The position numbers and the translations under genes are program-made. This document shows, in pieces, positions 1 to 7,314 of a stretch of DNA of 14,055 bases; the first letter of the stretch is position 1; every line of letters starts with the position of its first letter. The notes beneath the pieces were generated by a model. The model saw only the letters and a list, made by a program, of their open reading frames with translations. It searched no databases and had not been told where the DNA came from. The DNA is from an uncultured Acidobacteriota bacterium (GTDB lineage Bacteria; Acidobacteriota; UBA6911; RPQK01; JAPXNP01): contig CAVZRV010000034.1 in the NCBI GenBank assembly GCA_963777605.1, positions 1 through 14,055 of the forward strand, given 5' to 3'.

Positions 1-410
1 GAACACCCTTCCGGTGTACGTCGTCCTTCCGGCCCGGAAGGAAACCCGGCCGCCGTCAAGCTTCGCGGCTTGCCCCGCTGTCTCGCGCCTGGCAACCATC
101 ACCTGGCGTCCGTTCTTGTACCCGCGGGCTTCAATCGTGCCGGGCGAGTACTTCACGTTCCAGGCGAGATGGGCGTTTCTGGGCACTTCTTTCGTCCCCA
201 GGCTCCGCCCGTCGTGAATCAGTTCCACCGCCTCGAGGCTTGTGTGGACCCAGACCGCGATCTCCTCTCCTTCGAGCTTGGGCCAGTCCCAGTGCGGAAA
301 GCGGTGCAGCACCGATTCCCCGGTCCACCAGGACCGGTAGTAGAAGAAGGTATCCTTGGGAAATCCGCAAGTGTCGAGCACCCATACTGCGAGTTGATGT
401 TCGGCCAACC
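1..410 (-). pseudogene. GH2 beta-galactosidase fragment (end of catalytic barrel plus DUF4982-like domain), 5'-truncated, frameshifted, open at window edge
   Basis: My translation of the minus strand gives GWPNINSQYG (410-381). After a one-base shift at the C run 381-383 it continues VLDTCGFPKDTFFYYRSWWTGESVLHRFPHWDWPKLEGEEIAVWVHTSLEAVELIHDGRSLGTKEVPRNAHLAWNVKYSPGTIEARGYKNGRQVMVARRETAGQAAKL, open to base 1. The WP-x-I-x-S-x-YG-x-x-D-x-CGFPKD and PHW-x-W motifs are typical of GH2 beta-galactosidases. No upstream GH2 sequence is present, and the next gene's stop is at 431. Not in the ORF track. Confidence 0.8.
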
Positions 411-430
411 GCGGAGTGGAAAGCGGGTGA

Positions 431-1079
431 TCAGCGAACCGCGGTTACCGGGAGGGTCGTGAATTCCCCGGGGTTCTTTCCCAGTTCCAGCGCGATTGCA
501 GCGATTTGCCCCCCGCCGGCATCGATTGTGAGGGTGCCTTCCCGTCCGTCCAGGTCGAGATCCGGGAACAGTTCGTCGACGAAGCCTGCGAAGTGCCCCC
601 GCGGCAGGATCTCGCTGGATGATGTTTCGCCAAGGATCTGCCCGCCCGCGGTCCGGAGGGTAATGGCCAGCACCACAGTGTCGTCCCCGGCGTTCTGGAC
701 GGCGAATCCCGTCGAAATTCCGTTCGCTGCGGTTCGGGACGGAAGAATCACCCGATCCGACGGCTGCGCCTCGCCGACCCCGGCAATCCCGATGCCGATA
801 ATTTCAAAAAGAGCACTCCCGCCGCAGGGGTTATCCGTCGTGACAAGCGCCGAACCGGCGGTCAGGTCACCCAGTCCGTCCGTTGAAAAGGTCACGGTGG
901 AACGGGCCGGGATCGCAAACTGGGTTGAGCTGATCCGTCCCAGTCCTTCGATCCCGGTAACCAGCGGGAGACCCTGGTCGTCGAAGAACTCGAGGCGGCC
1001 CGAAACGCTCTCAATCCAGGAGGGATTCGAAAGAACGAAATCGGAGCTGAGCCCACCGCCGTTGCCAAAATGCGGGATC
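431..1079 (-). repeat. Domain D copy A2 (protein-level repeat, C-terminal)
   Basis: IPHFGNGGGLSSDFVLSNPS...IGIAGVG...TGFAVQN...GHFAGFVDELF...ALELGKNPGEFTTLPV. Confidence 0.8.
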
Positions 1080-2773
1080 CGGAGCTGCCGGTCGCCTTCC
1101 CTGAGGATAGCCACTCCCTGGAGAGTTGCGGCGACGAAGGTGCCGGATCGTTGAGGGTCCTCCAAAATGCCGGGCACCTCGATGTCATCGAGTCCGATCG
1201 GCTCCCACAGGGACCCGCCGTTGACGGTCTTGAACACCCCGTCACCGGTTCCAACGTACAGAGTCTGGGAATCGTCGGAGGCTATAGCGAGTGAGCGGTA
1301 GGTTGTGCTCGTCAGACCAGCCACAATCTTTTTGAAGGTTGCGCCGCCGTCCAGGCTCTTGAAAACCCATCCACTGCCAGCATAGATGATGGAGGAGTTG
1401 TGCGGGTCGATCGCGATGCAGGCAATCGAGCCCTCGAGCCCATTTCCGGTCGCCGTCCAGGTCGTTCCGCCGTCCACGCTCTTGTAGAAATAAGGTGATT
1501 CACCAACTCCGGCATAGAGCGTCGTCGGAACCTGGGGGTCCGCTGCAAGCGCCCGAACGTCGTGAATGGACTCTCCGGAACCGACCTTCGCCCAAGTGTT
1601 CCCGCCGTTAAGGCTTCGATAGAGCCCCTCCTCGAGGATCCCCCCGACCTGGATCGTGCTCGGGGTTCCCGGGTTGATCAGGATGGACTGAGCGCCGCCT
1701 TTGTCAAAGACGAGGGTCCAACTGGCGCCCCCATTTGAACTCTTGAACAGTCCGCCCAACGTTCCTGCGTAGATTGTTTCGGGGTTGTTCGGGTCGGCCG
1801 CCAATGCACTAATCTTCTGAAGCCAAAGTCCCGCATTGACTTGGTGCCAACTCTCCCCCCCGTCAGTCGATTTCAGAACGCCAAAACCCCAGGTTCCCGC
1901 ATAGTAGACGGGTGGGTCGGTCGAGGTCGCGACAATCGAGGTGAAGGAGTATGCCGGCGAGTTTGACAAACTCCACCCACGGTCCCGTCTCGCGACGACC
2001 GGCAGTGCCGTGAACTGGCCCGGCGCAGGCCCCAGTTCGAGCGCTGTCGCGGCAACTTCTCTCGAGTAGCGCACCTCTACCGCGGCTGTTCCCTCGAACT
2101 CTGTGGCAGTTACGGTGGAAAAGAGTTCATTGAAGAAGCGGGCAAGGTGTCCTCCAGCTGGAAGGACGAATGAGTCCCCCGTGGCGACCTTCCGGCCCTC
2201 GCTGTCGGACAGGATCAGATTGAGCGCTACGGGCCACTCGGAAGGATTGGAAAACGCGATTCCGGAGTTCAGACCGTCGTTTCGTTTCCGAACGGGGACG
2301 GCCAATGCCTGGGCGGGAACGCTCGTCCCGATTCCCGCGATCCCGATCTCCGGGATCCGAAAACGCACCACGGCTCCCGGTTCCATGCCGGCATGAATCA
2401 CGGCTGAGCCGGTAACAAGCTCGCCCGTGCCATCCGTCCGGAAAGTCACCGAGCCGAGCGGCTGGATCGTGAAATCGACCGAACCTCGCGGGCCCAGGCC
2501 GACGATTTCGAATTCCTGCTCCAGCCCCTCGTCGTCCCGAAACTCGACAGACCCGGTCAGCACTTCGGATGCCGAAGGATTCGTGAGCACGATGTCCGAG
2601 GAGAGGCCCTGCCCGGCCCCAAGGTGAGGAAGGCAGGAAATCTGGTCAGCGAGAACCCGGTCCACAGCGAGTCCAGCCGCCTCAGCGCGGCGTTCAGTCC
2701 GAGGCCCGGCCGCACCGCTCAATGCAATGACCAGGGCAAGAATCGAGGGCACACCCCACAGCAAGTTCTTCAT
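431..2773 (-). CDS. Secreted Asp-box (BNR/VPS10/YCF48-like) beta-propeller protein flanked by two copies of an uncharacterised ~210-aa domain (D-propeller-D), about 780 aa
   Basis: ORF 431..2842. Preferred ATG is at 2773, with GAGGAAG just upstream and a signal peptide (MKNLLWGVPSILALVIALSGAAG). Six Asp-box motifs: KSTDGGESW, KSSNGGASW, RSLNGGNTW, KSVDGGTTW, KSLDGGATF, KTVNGGSLW, with DP-x-x-P-x-x-hYAG blade motifs. The N- and C-terminal domains resemble each other. Confidence 0.88.
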   Translation of the reverse strand: MKNLLWGVPSILALVIALSGAAGPRTERRAEAAGLAVDRVLADQISCLPHLGAGQGLSSDIVLTNPSASEVLTGSVEFRDDEGLEQEFEIVGLGPRGSVDFTIQPLGSVTFRTDGTGELVTGSAVIHAGMEPGAVVRFRIPEIGIAGIGTSVPAQALAVPVRKRNDGLNSGIAFSNPSEWPVALNLILSDSEGRKVATGDSFVLPAGGHLARFFNELFSTVTATEFEGTAAVEVRYSREVAATALELGPAPGQFTALPVVARRDRGWSLSNSPAYSFTSIVATSTDPPVYYAGTWGFGVLKSTDGGESWHQVNAGLWLQKISALAADPNNPETIYAGTLGGLFKSSNGGASWTLVFDKGGAQSILINPGTPSTIQVGGILEEGLYRSLNGGNTWAKVGSGESIHDVRALAADPQVPTTLYAGVGESPYFYKSVDGGTTWTATGNGLEGSIACIAIDPHNSSIIYAGSGWVFKSLDGGATFKKIVAGLTSTTYRSLAIASDDSQTLYVGTGDGVFKTVNGGSLWEPIGLDDIEVPGILEDPQRSGTFVAATLQGVAILREGDRQLRIPHFGNGGGLSSDFVLSNPSWIESVSGRLEFFDDQGLPLVTGIEGLGRISSTQFAIPARSTVTFSTDGLGDLTAGSALVTTDNPCGGSALFEIIGIGIAGVGEAQPSDRVILPSRTAANGISTGFAVQNAGDDTVVLAITLRTAGGQILGETSSSEILPRGHFAGFVDELFPDLDLDGREGTLTIDAGGGQIAAIALELGKNPGEFTTLPVTAVR
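1997..2632 (-). repeat. Domain D copy A1 (protein-level repeat, N-terminal)
   Basis: LPHLGAGQGLSSDIVLTNPS...IGIAGIG...SGIAFSN...GHLARFFNELF...ALELGPAPGQFTALPV, collinear with copy A2. Confidence 0.8.
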
Positions 2774-2908
2774 GGCTTCCTCATTCCGCCGGGCAAGCTG
2801 CCCGGCCGCCATCCCAGGCAGGGTTGCCTGGACTACTCTCAACAGTCTTCGGACTTCTCCCGGGTGGCTTCCGACATAAGCCCCCGGTGACCGCGCAGGC
2901 TCTCTCTC

Positions 2909-3556
2909 CTAATTGGGTGTGACCGGTAGAGTCGCCAGCTTCCCCGGGCGGGTTTGAATCACCGTGGCCGCAATCGGCGTCGCGGTTTCCGCCCTCAGCA
3001 GCCCCTCAAAATCGGCCAGATCGACTGCGTCGCTCCACGTGAACTCGTTGACGAAGCGGGCCTGGTGACCTCCAGCCGGCAGGGTCAAATCGCTTTCCAC
3101 CAGTAGTTGCCCCTGAGAATCGAGCAACGAAAAGTGCACGGCGACTTCCTCATCTCCCGGGTTCATCACGGCGATTCCGGTGTTCGACTTCTCTCCGGAG
3201 CTGTTGAGCACAGGAGCCAGGAATCCTCCATTTACGGCCTGGCTGCTGCCGACACCGGCAACGCCGGATTGGCCTCCAAAAACCACCACTCCCGCGAGCG
3301 GATGGTCAGACGTGACGGTCACCGACCCGGACTGCACCGGCCCCGATGCGTCTGTCTCAAAGAACCTCAGGCCGCCCGCCGGGATCGTCGCAGCGATTTC
3401 TCCCTCCACGGGTTGGCCGTTGACACTGACAGCAAGAGGTTGACCGTCGTCGTCCCGCAGGTGCAGCGTCGCAGCTGCCGGCACATCACCGGGATTAACC
3501 AGGAGAACCTGACTCGAGAGCAGGTCCCCGCCGTTGCCAAATTGGGCGAACATCAG
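2909..3556 (-). repeat. Domain D copy B2 (protein-level repeat)
   Basis: LMFAQFGNGGDLLSSQVLLVNP...SGVAGVGSS...TGIAVMNP...GHQARFVNEF...AATVIQTRPGKLATLPV. Confidence 0.82.
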
Positions 3557-6211
3557 TTCGGAGGGCGGTTCGGTACCGTTTTGGGGGATGGCTCCAGACG
3601 ACGAATGACCGTCTACGACCACTGCGGCTCCGGCCGGCCGCGGGACGACCGGCATGGTCGCCAGTTCACCAGGCCGGGTCTGGATGACCGTAGCCGCAAT
3701 GTCCCGGTTCGACGACACCTTCAGGAGGCCTCGAAATTGGCCCAAATCGGTGTCCGGGCTCCAGTCAAACTCGTTGACAAACCGGGCCAGTCGGCCATAG
3801 CCCGGCAGCGTCAGCGACGTGGCGGCCAGGACATTCCCATCCTGATCACACAACTGCAACTGGAGCTCGACTTCCAGGTTTGAAAGATTCATCAGGGCAA
3901 TGCCGGTACTGATCCCCGAAAGCGCACTGGTTTCCATGGGGGCGATAAACCCGTTGGACAACGAAACACTGTTACCCACTCCGGCCACTCCGACGCTTCC
4001 TTCCAGAAGGATCACCCCACCCATCGGACGATCGGAATAGGCACTGACCGACCCCGCAATCACCGGCCCGGCGCCATCCGTGCTCAGGATCTCCAGGCCT
4101 GCCGCCGGCACGGTCGTTCTCGTCATTCCTGGAACAACTTCCTCGTTCAGCTTGATCGGAAGGGGTTGCCCCTGGTCGTCCCGAATCCGCACCTGTGCGC
4201 GTGTCGGATCGGAGGAATCGAGGCCAAACAGCACCAACTGGCTGGAGAGTTGACCGCCCCCATTTCCCGCCTGCGCAAAGTAGAGGTCGCGTCCTTCGAA
4301 ATCGATGGCGAAGACACTTCCGCCCTCCGCGCCGGCGTAGACCCGTGATGGATTCAACGGATCGACCGTCATGACAAAGGGCACCGGGGGAGTCAGGCCG
4401 TCGCTGATTGACGTCCACGATTCACCGGAATCCCTGCTCCTGAACGCCCCCACCCCAGTTACTCCGCCGTAAAGCGTCGAGGGAATCGCATGGTCGATCG
4501 CAAGGCCGAAGATATTCAGGTGCCCGTCCGGAAGTCCCGCGCCGGCCGGACTCCAGCTGTTCCCCTTGTCGGTGCTCCTGTACACGTCCCAATCGGTTCC
4601 CACGTAAACCGTTGATGGATTCACTGGATCCACCGCCAGGGAGTACGCGCCGCCAATGTCGGGCAACACCTGCCACGTCTCCCCTCCATCGTCGCTCCGA
4701 ATGACCTGCTCATAAGTCCCGGCATAGATGGTGGCCGGGTCGAGCGGATCGATTGCCAGCAACAGAACATAGGGACTGCTATTGACCTGTAGCCAAGATT
4801 CTCCGCCGTCGGTACTTCGGAAGATCCCCTGGTTATAGGTACCCGCGAAGAGTTCCTCACTATCCTGGGGGTTGACGGCAACCTTAAAGATAAGATCCCG
4901 AGGGCTGTTTTCGGCAAGGCTCCATCGCTCACCTTCGTCGGCGCTCACGTAAATTCCGTTGTCGGTACCCGCAAACACGGACGAGGTGTTATTCGGGTCG
5001 ATGGCCAGCGTATGGACAAACAGGTTGCCCAACCCTCCATTGACCACTTCCCAGGTCTCCGCCCTGTCCCGGCTGCGATAGACTCCTCCTCCGTTGGCTC
5101 CGGCATAGACCTTCGCGGAGTCGTTTGGACTGACCTCCACGGCCCAGATATCGAGAGCGTTCATTCCCTCACTGGAAGGAACCCATCCTTCTCCTCCATC
5201 CTGGCTCAGGAAAATCCCGCCGGATGAACCCGCAAAGACGGTCGAGGGATCAGATGGATTGATCGCGAAACTCTGGATTTGGTAGGGCGTCAGAATCACA
5301 TCAGACCAGGTTTGACCGTTGTCGGCACTCCAGTACAAACCACCATAGATGCCCGCGTACAGTCTTCCGGAATCTCCCGGACCGGCACAGAGTGATTGAA
5401 TCCACAATCCGTCCTTGCCAAGGGTAGTCGACGTCCATGAATCTCCACCGTCGACGCTGAGGTAGACTCCCTGGCCCGTTCCCGCAAAAAGGATCGAAGC
5501 AGTCCCGGACTTGATGGCCAGCGCCTGCACGTAAAGATTATCCAAACCCTCGTTAATCGCGGTCCAACTCTGTCCCGAATTGGTGCTCTTAAAGGCTCCT
5601 CCGCCCCATGTCCCGGCGAAGATCGTCGCCGGTGCGGAAGGGTCAACCACGACCGCTCGAACCTGTGGATTCTCCTCCAGGCCAAAGTCCAACAACTCCC
5701 AGTTCTCACCTCGGTCTTTGCTGCGCCAGACGCCGGACCAAGTGCCCGCATAAATGTTCGCAGGAGCTACCGGATCGATCGCCAGCGATGTGACGTTCCG
5801 GTCGTCGTAGGAAGATAGGTAGCCATTATTGACAGAGGTCCAGGTGACCCCGGAATCGGTGCTCCGGAAAACCCCGTTATAGGTCCCGATGTACAAGGTT
5901 GAAGGAGTCGCGGGGTCAATGGCCACCGCATTAACCGACAGGTCCATGGTCGGATTGGTGAGCCCGTTGTTGACGGCCGTCCAGTTCCGCCCTCCATCGA
6001 CACTGCGAAACACCCCTCCTCCCCTGGTTCCGGCGAAAATCGTCTGCGGGTCGGAGGGGTGAATTGCAACGGTCCAAACAGAACCACCGGACGGTCCTTT
6101 CGACACCCACCTCTCCGCCCCGAATAGTCCGCCACCCAGGAATGAAAGGGCCACGACGGCCCCCAAGAGAATCAAAAACGAAGTCCTTGCCAGCACCCTT
6201 CGCTGAGTCAT
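2909..6211 (-). CDS. Secreted Asp-box beta-propeller protein (about 14 blades) with two tandem C-terminal copies of domain D, about 1100 aa
   Basis: ORF 2909..6340. Preferred ATG is at 6211, after a purine-rich GAGAGGGGG and followed by a signal peptide (MTQRRVLARTSFLILLGAVVALSFLGGGLFGA). The mature start W-x-S-x-GP-x-GG is typical of these propellers. There are 13 Asp-box motifs, from RSVDGGRNW to RSRDSGESW, at roughly 40-45 aa spacing. Confidence 0.9.
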   Translation of the reverse strand: MTQRRVLARTSFLILLGAVVALSFLGGGLFGAERWVSKGPSGGSVWTVAIHPSDPQTIFAGTRGGGVFRSVDGGRNWTAVNNGLTNPTMDLSVNAVAIDPATPSTLYIGTYNGVFRSTDSGVTWTSVNNGYLSSYDDRNVTSLAIDPVAPANIYAGTWSGVWRSKDRGENWELLDFGLEENPQVRAVVVDPSAPATIFAGTWGGGAFKSTNSGQSWTAINEGLDNLYVQALAIKSGTASILFAGTGQGVYLSVDGGDSWTSTTLGKDGLWIQSLCAGPGDSGRLYAGIYGGLYWSADNGQTWSDVILTPYQIQSFAINPSDPSTVFAGSSGGIFLSQDGGEGWVPSSEGMNALDIWAVEVSPNDSAKVYAGANGGGVYRSRDRAETWEVVNGGLGNLFVHTLAIDPNNTSSVFAGTDNGIYVSADEGERWSLAENSPRDLIFKVAVNPQDSEELFAGTYNQGIFRSTDGGESWLQVNSSPYVLLLAIDPLDPATIYAGTYEQVIRSDDGGETWQVLPDIGGAYSLAVDPVNPSTVYVGTDWDVYRSTDKGNSWSPAGAGLPDGHLNIFGLAIDHAIPSTLYGGVTGVGAFRSRDSGESWTSISDGLTPPVPFVMTVDPLNPSRVYAGAEGGSVFAIDFEGRDLYFAQAGNGGGQLSSQLVLFGLDSSDPTRAQVRIRDDQGQPLPIKLNEEVVPGMTRTTVPAAGLEILSTDGAGPVIAGSVSAYSDRPMGGVILLEGSVGVAGVGNSVSLSNGFIAPMETSALSGISTGIALMNLSNLEVELQLQLCDQDGNVLAATSLTLPGYGRLARFVNEFDWSPDTDLGQFRGLLKVSSNRDIAATVIQTRPGELATMPVVPRPAGAAVVVDGHSSSGAIPQNGTEPPSELMFAQFGNGGDLLSSQVLLVNPGDVPAAATLHLRDDDGQPLAVSVNGQPVEGEIAATIPAGGLRFFETDASGPVQSGSVTVTSDHPLAGVVVFGGQSGVAGVGSSQAVNGGFLAPVLNSSGEKSNTGIAVMNPGDEEVAVHFSLLDSQGQLLVESDLTLPAGGHQARFVNEFTWSDAVDLADFEGLLRAETATPIAATVIQTRPGKLATLPVTPN
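3642..4285 (-). repeat. Domain D copy B1 (protein-level repeat)
   Basis: LYFAQAGNGGGQLSSQLVLF...VGVAGVGNS...TGIALMN...GRLARFVNEF...AATVIQTRPGELATMPV, separated from B2 by a ~28-aa Pro/Ser/Ala linker. Confidence 0.82.
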
Positions 6212-6405
6212 GCCGATCCCCCTCTCTCCCCTCGGGATCGCCTCCCCGGTTGAGAGTCGAGCAGGCACAGAAGGACGAGGATCAGTCCCCGGTCTCGTTC
6301 GCCCCCTGCCCCGCTCTCGGGTTCGAGACAACCCCTGCAAGTGAATGAGCCTATACCGATTAGATCGAATTGGCTACCGGAGGGTTCAAACACCGTTGAG
6401 GAAAT

Positions 6406-7068
6406 TCACTGCACCAGTTGCACATTCCGGATGATGCAGACAACGTCCTGAAAGTCGTCGTTGGTCGAGTATTCCCATCCAATGAGGTAGGTCGCTTCCC
6501 GGTCCGGCAGAGCGTAAATCATCGCTTTGTAGGGCTGGGAAGCCAGCCTGGTGTTGAATCGCGCCACAAGGGAGGGTTCTGAGAACACCCCAAAGTCGTC
6601 ACTGAAACTGTCGTTCGACACCCAGACACCGAAGGGCTGATTCCCGGGGTCGAATTCGACCCGGGAGCCGCTCTTGAGGGAGGGTTTCCGGATTCGGGGA
6701 GAACTGATCTCTTCGGGTGTGTTCTTGTCTGCGTAAACCCAAAGCTCCTGCTTTTCGGGACGTGTCCCTGCTTCCGACTTGAGATACCAGCCTCCATGGG
6801 TGGGGTTCTCGGTACCAAGCGCGATGACGGGCTCAAAAACAACGACTCCGGGTCCGGCTTTCCTGAAGAGCCCGGGTGTCTCGATCGCCGATAGATTGAC
6901 TGGATTGGCCAAATCTCCAAACATATCCAAGCCATAAACATCGTCCAGGATGTCCCACCAGTTCGGCTCATTGGGACCCGGGGCAACCTCGGGCTGACGG
7001 TCTGTCTGAAGCATCGCAAGCGAGCACAACACCAAAACGGCACAGGAGAGAAAGCGGCCGATTCGCAT
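6406..7068 (-). CDS. Secreted hypothetical protein with DUF4114-like C-terminus, about 220 aa
   Basis: ORF 6406..7104. ATG at 7068 gives a signal-like N-terminus (MRIGRFLSCAVLVLCSLAMLQ). The C-terminal YLIGWEYSTNDDFQDVVCIIRNV resembles the hGWED...D-x-D-(F/Y)-(N/Q)-D-h-V motif of DUF4114-type domains. Confidence 0.72.
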   Translation of the reverse strand: MRIGRFLSCAVLVLCSLAMLQTDRQPEVAPGPNEPNWWDILDDVYGLDMFGDLANPVNLSAIETPGLFRKAGPGVVVFEPVIALGTENPTHGGWYLKSEAGTRPEKQELWVYADKNTPEEISSPRIRKPSLKSGSRVEFDPGNQPFGVWVSNDSFSDDFGVFSEPSLVARFNTRLASQPYKAMIYALPDREATYLIGWEYSTNDDFQDVVCIIRNVQLVQ

Positions 7069-7314
7069 ATCCACGAGTTTAGAGAATGCCTCAATAAGAC
7101 ACAATCCCCGGATCGGCCAGTATCACCGATCGGAAGAGGTCTACCCAAGCCCCGACTCGAACGGTTTCGTTACCTCGCAAGCTGCTGCGAGGAGAGATGG
7201 ACCATGTCCATCTCTGGCTTGGATTACAGACTGCAGCCTGCGGAAGACAACCTGCGAGAATGTGTGTATCCTTCAGGGGCCTGAACGAATCATCTTCAAT
7301 TGGAGGTGCCGTTG

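Noticed and set aside
14-1154. Plus-strand ORFs 14..217, 70..462 and 240..1154, and minus ORF 131..385
   Set aside because: They are antisense or off-frame shadows of the GH2 fragment and the propeller gene, with low-complexity Ser/Pro/Arg translations and no motifs.
3107-3883. 258-aa plus-strand ORF and other short ORFs inside 2909..6340
   Set aside because: They lie within a well-supported gene, a common artefact of GC-rich codon bias.
1110-6110. Periodic repeats considered as a CRISPR array, DGR or VNTR
   Set aside because: The periodicity is at protein level (Asp-box blades) with diverged nucleotides. There are no identical direct repeats, no adenine-specific variant pair, and no cas or reverse transcriptase gene.
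6212-6340. N-terminal extensions of the longest ORFs (also 2774-2842 and 10701-10787)
   Set aside because: The downstream ATGs place signal peptides at the N-terminus, and two have clear RBSs. The extensions look non-coding.
6519-7148. 209-aa alternative minus-frame ORF
   Set aside because: It overlaps the better-supported 6406..7068 gene and has no recognisable features.
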